From Candidatus Nanoarchaeia archaeon (GTDB lineage: Archaea; Nanobdellota; Nanobdellia; WJKC01): 64,000 bases of DNA. The stretch spans positions 125,632 through 189,631 of the forward strand of contig JBAZFG010000002.1 in assembly GCA_041653515.1 (NCBI GenBank), given 5' to 3'. Below the pieces are notes generated by a model. The model ran no database searches. It was not told the origin of the DNA and saw nothing but the letters and a program-made list of their open reading frames with translations. A program made the translations under genes and the position numbers. Position 1 is the stretch's first letter, and the number at the start of each line of letters is the position of its first letter. Positions 58,264 to 64,000 of the stretch are shown in pieces.

Positions 58264-58647
58264 ATGGAAGTTATTGTTGACATTTTTGATCCTAGCAAAC
58301 AGGAGTTCATTATTGGTGACCGTAGATTACCAAGCTACTTTGTTGGTAATGTAATTGGTCATTTAAAGGGTTATAAATTGTTAGGGGATGATAGTGTCCA
58401 GCAGATGCTTCCGTTACTTAATGAAATTGAATTAAATATGTATAAAACGCTTGATGATAAAACTACTCAATTAAGATTCTTGGCTTCTAAGCTGGTTGAG
58501 AAATTAACTTTTTTTGGCTCATATGACGAGCGAGTTATTATCTTAGAGGATTTCATTAACTCTGAATGTGATATGTATGTTAAGAAATTAAGGATTGATG
58601 ACCAGACTAAGAAAGAGTTAAAGCGCTTAATGGCTCTTACTCGATAA
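58264..58647 (+). CDS. hypothetical protein
   Basis: ORF taken from 'MEVIVDIF'; no motif recognised. Confidence 0.3.
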   Translation: MEVIVDIFDPSKQEFIIGDRRLPSYFVGNVIGHLKGYKLLGDDSVQQMLPLLNEIELNMYKTLDDKTTQLRFLASKLVEKLTFFGSYDERVIILEDFINSECDMYVKKLRIDDQTKKELKRLMALTR

Positions 58648-61456
58648 GTATTCCTGGTTTGCATGGCATTGCTTTCGGGTTATCTGCTTTGACTACATCA
58701 ACTTCTGTGTTATACTCTTGTTCAAGGAATTTGATTGCTTCGTTTAGTGATTGGTACTCACCATTCCTGTCTGGCGCGCTTAATGGCACGCGGCTTGGGT
58801 TCCTGATTAATGACTGGATGATGCCTGTCGCGTCCTTGGCGTGAGCTTTGACTGAAGCGTTCTTTAAGGCATTAGTAATTAATTCTTTTAAGTCATGCTT
58901 GTTCTTTGACTTAACCACTGATTTGTATAAGTCATACTTCCATTGGTCAGCGATGAATAATGTTATCTTTTTTGGTTTTGTTTTTATTATGCTTAATAAA
59001 CCATTAATGTCCTTGATTGTGTTCATTATTATTGATTCGTTCTGCTCAATTGATTGGTTAATCATTGATTCATTGATTTTTGGGAATCGGGCTAGTGAGA
59101 CAAACCCTTTGTTAATTTTGCTCCAAGCCTCCTCGCAGATGTGGGGTATTAATGGCTCGAGTGCTATCAGCCAGTCAGCTAGGAAAGTCCTGATTACACT
59201 ATTAAATTGTTGCGCGCTCACTCTTTTCTTGTAGTAGTTAAGCTCGTTCATGAACTCAAAGAAAATGTTAATTGCGTAAGGCCTAATCATGATATTACAT
59301 CCCTGCTCGTAAGCTTCTTTTATTCTTGAGTAAAAACGGCTGGTAATCCACTTGTCGATGCTGGTTAATTTCTTGGCTGGCAGCGCTTTACTTGCTGTCA
59401 GCACTAGATTAGCAAAATTAGTTATTTTTGTTTTGACGCTGGCAACCTCGTTCTCGCGCCAGTCAACTACTGAGTCAATGTCGCTTGAGCTTAATAAGAA
59501 CATTCTTAGTAAGTCAGCGCTGTACTTTTCAGCTACTTCAGCTAATGGTATAACGTTGCCTTTGCTCTTACTCATCTTAACCCCTTCGCGGATGACCATT
59601 TCGTTGAAACTTATTTCTTTTGGCCAGTACTTTTTGGGGAATATCTTGGTGTGGTGGAATAAGAAGAATGTTAGGTGGTTGCTGATGTGTGCTGGCGCAG
59701 TGTGGCGGTGGTCAAGTGGGTACCAATAAGTGAAATCTTCACGCATCTCACGCGCCCATTTAACTTTAAACTCACCTTTACCTAGGAATACATAATCAAA
59801 TAATTCAGGGGTTAATTGTTCTGGTTTTATTTTCTCGCGGTGAATAATGTTAATGATTGTGTAAAATGCCATGTAAATCGTTGAGTCGCTTAAGCTTTCA
59901 ATAACCCACTTGTCATCATAAGGCAGTTTTGTGCCTAAGCCTCTTTTGCGCGCGCAAGGTCTTTTCTCAAGCCAGTCAACCGTGTCAATGAATGACTTGC
60001 GGTACTTGTCAGGTATTATTGTCATATCATTAATTAATCTTCTAGTCTTGTCTTTCCATTCTTTGCTTGTGTAATCAAGGAACCATTGATCGTTAAGCAC
60101 TGCCACTATTACCTTGCCAGTGCAACGGCACTCAGCTTTGCGGCTGGTCTCGTAGAATGTGAAAGCGTCGCCTTGGCTTATTAGTTTGTTCCTGACACGG
60201 TCTTTAATTTCATTTATCTTGAGTCCTTTGAATTCAGCGCACTTTTCATTAAGCACTCCTTTGTAGAATTCATCTTTGTAAACCCTCTTGGTTGCTTGTT
60301 CTATTAGTTCCTTGTTGCGTTGGTTTTTAACGCCTAATTTGTTAATCATTTCAACTGCAGGTTCATTGCTGTAACCCTCAATGTTAATGATTGTTATTGG
60401 CTTAATTGACTTGATTTCCTTACTGTCAAGCCCGTAATCAGTTATGCCCTTGCTATCATTTTGCAAGTCTCTTAATGCTGCGTAATCAAACGGTGCGTGG
60501 GCTGGCACTGAGTAAACAATGCCTGTGGCCACGTCTGGGTCAACGAACTGACCTGGAAGTATTGGTACTTCAGTTCCTAATGGGGTGGTGACGTGTTTGC
60601 CTATTAGCTCTGTGCCAGCTAGTTCCCTTGTTTTCTTTAATCCTGTTTGCTGGTATTTTAATTTGTTGAATGCTTCAACGCTTATGATTAAGTTATTATT
60701 AGTCTCAACGTACAATGATTCAGGGTTAACCCATAAGTTAGTAATGCCATAAATTGTTTCAGGCCTTAGTGTACCTGCTACTAATTGTTTGCTGCCTAAA
60801 TCGAATTTGATTGCAGTGAACTCATTAATGCTTACTTTATCAGCGTCACCATCCTTAATATCATCCTCGCCAACAGCGTTGTCACAGTTAACACAGAAAT
60901 TAATTGGGTAACTACCCTGGGTTAATGCTTTGCCTTGTTTTAGTTTTTTAAACTGCCATTCAATAAATTTATTGTACTCTTTGTCGCCAGTGGTGAATTG
61001 TCTTGTCCAATCAACGCTGACCCCAATACTCTCAAAGTCTTGTCTGATAACGCTGGCGAAGTGCTTGGCAACGTTCATTGGTTCCTTGAATGACTCAATT
61101 ATCTTCTTGACTTTACTTTCATCTTTTTCTCTTAAGCGGACGTAATTAGTGAATAACTCGATGTAATTCTTATCACCTTTCCTTATGCGGTCGCTGATAG
61201 CTAATATTGGCGTGCCTGAGATGTGATAAGCCATGGGCCATAAGACATTATAACCTTGCTTTCGCTTGAAGCGCGCAATGAAGTCGCCGATACTGTAAGT
61301 CCTGCCGTGGCCAATATGGTAAGGGCCACTGGTATATGGGTATGGTACTGTGAAGAAATACTTCTTGCCTGTTTTTTTGGGCTCAAAGATTTTATCCTTA
61401 ACCCATTGCTTCTGCCACTTACGCTCTATTTTAGATAAATCCATCTTGTTAATCAC
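58637..61456 (-). CDS. leuS: leucyl-tRNA synthetase (archaeal type)
   Basis: 'PYPYTSGPYHIGHGRTY' HIGH; 'KMSKSKGNV' KMSKS; 939 aa with a CP1 editing-domain insertion. Confidence 0.9.
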   Translation of the reverse strand: MINKMDLSKIERKWQKQWVKDKIFEPKKTGKKYFFTVPYPYTSGPYHIGHGRTYSIGDFIARFKRKQGYNVLWPMAYHISGTPILAISDRIRKGDKNYIELFTNYVRLREKDESKVKKIIESFKEPMNVAKHFASVIRQDFESIGVSVDWTRQFTTGDKEYNKFIEWQFKKLKQGKALTQGSYPINFCVNCDNAVGEDDIKDGDADKVSINEFTAIKFDLGSKQLVAGTLRPETIYGITNLWVNPESLYVETNNNLIISVEAFNKLKYQQTGLKKTRELAGTELIGKHVTTPLGTEVPILPGQFVDPDVATGIVYSVPAHAPFDYAALRDLQNDSKGITDYGLDSKEIKSIKPITIINIEGYSNEPAVEMINKLGVKNQRNKELIEQATKRVYKDEFYKGVLNEKCAEFKGLKINEIKDRVRNKLISQGDAFTFYETSRKAECRCTGKVIVAVLNDQWFLDYTSKEWKDKTRRLINDMTIIPDKYRKSFIDTVDWLEKRPCARKRGLGTKLPYDDKWVIESLSDSTIYMAFYTIINIIHREKIKPEQLTPELFDYVFLGKGEFKVKWAREMREDFTYWYPLDHRHTAPAHISNHLTFFLFHHTKIFPKKYWPKEISFNEMVIREGVKMSKSKGNVIPLAEVAEKYSADLLRMFLLSSSDIDSVVDWRENEVASVKTKITNFANLVLTASKALPAKKLTSIDKWITSRFYSRIKEAYEQGCNIMIRPYAINIFFEFMNELNYYKKRVSAQQFNSVIRTFLADWLIALEPLIPHICEEAWSKINKGFVSLARFPKINESMINQSIEQNESIIMNTIKDINGLLSIIKTKPKKITLFIADQWKYDLYKSVVKSKNKHDLKELITNALKNASVKAHAKDATGIIQSLIRNPSRVPLSAPDRNGEYQSLNEAIKFLEQEYNTEVDVVKADNPKAMPCKPGILIE

Positions 61457-61545
61457 TTATTAACTCCTCTTTTTTTAACGTTGCGTAATTATTATCGCAT
61501 TATTTTTTTAAGATTTTTCCCAAGAAGACTTTAAATAATCCTAAT

Positions 61546-62748
61546 GTGTGTTCATTATTCATGCGCAATAATCTTAATAATTTCTTTGTTGAGCGCGTGA
61601 AGCACTTTAAGCACATGGCTTCATTATCCAATACTTTTTTCTTTTACTTGTTCGCCTGGGGTCTAGTCACGCCAATATTTAATATTCATATTAATGAAGT
61701 GACTAATTCACTTTTCTTGTCCGGCATTATCTTTTCTGTGTTTGGTTTTGCTAGAATATTTTTTGACCCGTCAATCGGTTTGTTATGCGACCGCGTTAAC
61801 CCTAAGAGATTATTGCAGGGTAGTCTATTGTCTTATACATTAATATTTTTCTTATACACGATTGCTAATAATTTTTATTTATTATTAATCGTGCGAGTAT
61901 TGCACGCAATTGCTTGTGCCATGCTCTGGATTTCTGGTTGGACTTTAGTTAGATTAAAGAGTAAAGGTAATTCTGCTCAGGAAGAGATTAGTGTTTGGTA
62001 CTCAGTTCAGTACATTGCTTATGTTATTGCTCCTTTAATTGGTGGCTCGTTGATAACAATGTTTTCGTGGCAACCTGTTTATTACTTAGCGTCAATAACT
62101 GCTTTTATTGCTTTTGTTTACGCTTCAATTAATGTTAAGAGTGTTCATACAAGTAATAATAGTAAGAAGCGGTTTAGGGATTTATGGCACCAGTTCTTCA
62201 TAAATAAATCATCATCAATTAGGCTAGTATTATTAACATTCCTTGAAATATTAATCGTGATTGGTTTCTATGAGTTCATGCCATTATTATTAGATCAGGC
62301 TGGGCTTAATATTGAGGAGATTAGCGTTGTGTTTGCTTTGGCTTATACTACCCCATTTATTTTATTCCCAGTAATTATTGGAGTTATTAGTGATAAGTAT
62401 GGTCGCAAAATACCAACTGCTATTGGTTTGATAATCATTAGCTTTGGGTTATTATTGTTCTGCAACGCCAGTACTTTTACTCAATTCCTGTTTTATACTT
62501 TCATTATTGTTACTGGTGATGCGTTTGTTAACTTAAGTTTTAACGCAGAGCTTAATGATATGACACCAAAAAACAGTGCTGGTGGTTTTACTGGTATTTT
62601 TGAGATGATTAAGGATTTGGCTGTGGCCATCGGCCCGTTGTTAGTTGGTGTTTTAAGTGCTGTAACTAATATTTCATTTGCTTTTATAATAATGAGTGTG
62701 ATGTCATTAGGCACTATATTAGTGCTTAAAGGGTTTAAGAATTTCTAA
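61546..62748 (+). CDS. MFS transporter
   Basis: About 12 TM helices; 'DRVNPKR' loop 2-3 motif region. Confidence 0.6.
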   Translation: MCSLFMRNNLNNFFVERVKHFKHMASLSNTFFFYLFAWGLVTPIFNIHINEVTNSLFLSGIIFSVFGFARIFFDPSIGLLCDRVNPKRLLQGSLLSYTLIFFLYTIANNFYLLLIVRVLHAIACAMLWISGWTLVRLKSKGNSAQEEISVWYSVQYIAYVIAPLIGGSLITMFSWQPVYYLASITAFIAFVYASINVKSVHTSNNSKKRFRDLWHQFFINKSSSIRLVLLTFLEILIVIGFYEFMPLLLDQAGLNIEEISVVFALAYTTPFILFPVIIGVISDKYGRKIPTAIGLIIISFGLLLFCNASTFTQFLFYTFIIVTGDAFVNLSFNAELNDMTPKNSAGGFTGIFEMIKDLAVAIGPLLVGVLSAVTNISFAFIIMSVMSLGTILVLKGFKNF

Positions 62749-62791
62749 AAGCAAGCCTTAAAAAGTAATTAATTCTTTTCTAAATATTAGT

Positions 62792-62935
62792 GGGCCCGTA
62801 GCGCAGTTTGGATAGCGCGACAGGCTTCTACACTCGACGCTTCGCGTCTCGTTCCGTCCTTCGGACGGCCGCTCGCTTAAAACGAGCGGGGGTGAGGATA
62901 CCTGTAGGTCGTGGGTTCAAATCCCTCCGGGCTCG
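62792..62935 (+). tRNA. tRNA-Arg(TCT) with 69-nt intron at canonical position 37/38
   Basis: Acceptor GGGCCCG/CGGGCTC, D-stem GCGC/GCGC, anticodon stem ACAGG/CCTGT separated by 'CTTCTA'+intron+'A'; T-loop TTCAAAT; one T-stem mismatch; the intron carries two hairpins (ccgtcc-ttc-ggacgg; gctcg-cttaaaa-cgagc). Confidence 0.7.
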
Positions 62936-62940
62936 CACGA

Positions 62941-62995
62941 AAACCGCAGGGAGGGGAGACCCCTCCCTTCAGTTCATCTCCTGATTCCCACCTCC
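62941..62995 (+). repeat. GC-rich hairpin element, copy immediately 3' of tRNA-Arg
   Basis: 'aaccgcagggaggggagacccctcccttcagtt...cctgattcccacc' is nearly identical to 57371-57430; 9-bp stem agggagggg/cccctccct. Confidence 0.8.
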
Positions 62996-63179
62996 TTGAC
63001 AATTTGCGCCAGGGGTGCTGAAATATTAATCTGCACGAAGTTTTGGATGATTAGTCCAATTTACTCCGGGCTCACACTCAAACTCGGCTACGCCTCGTTT
63101 TCGTTCTGTTTCGCTAGAAGGCTTGTTGTTTTTTAGAGCTACAAACTTATAATTATTAATTGCATTGTTTTTTAACTGG

Positions 63180-64000
63180 ATGAAAGTTGTTGAGCAGTTT
63201 CTTGGTAGTAAGAAAGGTGACTTATCTGTTTGTGAGGATAATTTAATATTATCTAATCGTTATATTGGCGTTGTTGATGGTGGGACTGATAAGTCTGGGC
63301 TTGATTGGGGTGGTCAGCTTGGCGGTAAATTATTATCTGATTTAGTGAAGCGCGTTTTTGAGACTAATGACTTGCCTGTTGATAAGATTGAAGCTTTAAT
63401 TAGAACTGAGTTCGGGCGCTTGGCTCGTGGGTTTGGCATTGATTTGGGCAATAAGTTTAACTTACCTGATGCTGCGTTGGTTGTTTATGATAGTGTTAAG
63501 CAGTTGGTTTATTATGTTGGTGATTGCAAGCTGCGTTTTGTTTATGATGATGGTTCATTAAGCGAGCAATTAATCCCTGAGTTAAAGATTGATTTGATTA
63601 ATGCTTCCTTGCGCAAAGCAGTTATTGACTCATTTAAGCAGTTAGGCTTTGACCCGTTTAAGGGTGGTTTTGATTATGGTCGCGAGTTCATTAAGCCATT
63701 ATTATTAAAGCAGTCATTGCTAGCTAACTCTAAGCAGGTTGGTGAGTGGTTTATGGGTATTCCTTACGAGTTAGTTAAGTTTAGTATTATCAATGGTGTT
63801 GATAAGATAGTTTTTAATGAGTTAAGAGTGCCTAAGAATGTTAGTCAGTTAATAATGGGTTCTGATGGTTTTATTGAATTGAAGCGGACGTTAAAGCAGA
63901 GTCTTAATCATTTGAAAAAGACAATAAGTATTGACCCTCATCGGTGCGGCAAGTACCCGTCAACCAAAGGGGTTAGTCAGGGGATGGCTTATCCTGATGA
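63180..64000 (+). CDS. hypothetical protein, 3'-truncated by window end (possible PPM/PP2C-like phosphatase)
   Basis: Open frame from ATG 63180 to the window end; 'VVDGGTDKSG' and 'LIMGSDGF' loosely resemble PPM metal-binding motifs. Confidence 0.35.
   Translation, partial: MKVVEQFLGSKKGDLSVCEDNLILSNRYIGVVDGGTDKSGLDWGGQLGGKLLSDLVKRVFETNDLPVDKIEALIRTEFGRLARGFGIDLGNKFNLPDAALVVYDSVKQLVYYVGDCKLRFVYDDGSLSEQLIPELKIDLINASLRKAVIDSFKQLGFDPFKGGFDYGREFIKPLLLKQSLLANSKQVGEWFMGIPYELVKFSIINGVDKIVFNELRVPKNVSQLIMGSDGFIELKRTLKQSLNHLKKTISIDPHRCGKYPSTKGVSQGMAYPD

Noticed and set aside
63040-63060. 7-mer 'ttagtcc' shared between the flank of the tRNA-associated element and the nucS-associated direct repeat
   Set aside because: It is too short to distinguish from chance in this AT-rich sequence.

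Overview
This is an AT-rich archaeal contig (roughly 30-40% GC by eye), probably from a small-genome, DPANN-like lineage. The archaeal call rests on Orc1/Cdc6, FEN1, aEF-1beta, S17e, an AglB/STT3 oligosaccharyltransferase with WWDYGYW, NucS/EndoMS, an archaeal-type LeuRS and an intron-bearing tRNA. Positions ~180-43800 are one very large surface-glycan / N-glycosylation island. It holds two AglB-like oligosaccharyltransferases, an MraY/WecA-like GlcNAc-1-P transferase, a Wzx-like flippase, at least seven GT4/GT2 glycosyltransferases and several GT-C-fold membrane proteins. It also holds five sugar-1-P nucleotidyltransferases (one fused to a ribbon-helix-helix domain), a phosphohexomutase, a GHMP sugar kinase, a UDP-GlcNAc 2-epimerase-like protein and a UGM-like flavoprotein. 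Embedded in it, unusually, are four radical SAM enzymes (three with B12-binding-type N-termini, one SPASM) and two DUF362 proteins, one fused to a 2x[4Fe-4S] ferredoxin. The 20.3-26.6 kb cassette carrying two of the rSAMs and one DUF362 protein is visibly GC-richer than its surroundings. Positions ~43800-64000 are core informational and metabolic genes: orc1/cdc6, fen1, aEF-1beta with a COG2888 Zn-ribbon, S17e, R15P isomerase plus AMP phosphorylase, TrpRS, an amidohydrolase, nucS, LeuRS, an MFS transporter and tRNA-Arg(TCT) with a 69-nt intron. A GC-rich hairpin element of ~55-73 nt recurs at three loci (two tandem copies downstream of aglB, one 3' of nucS, one directly after the tRNA). In every case it abuts a gene 3' end, and two copies are bracketed by direct duplications of that 3' end. 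No CRISPR array, rRNA or obvious transposase was seen.
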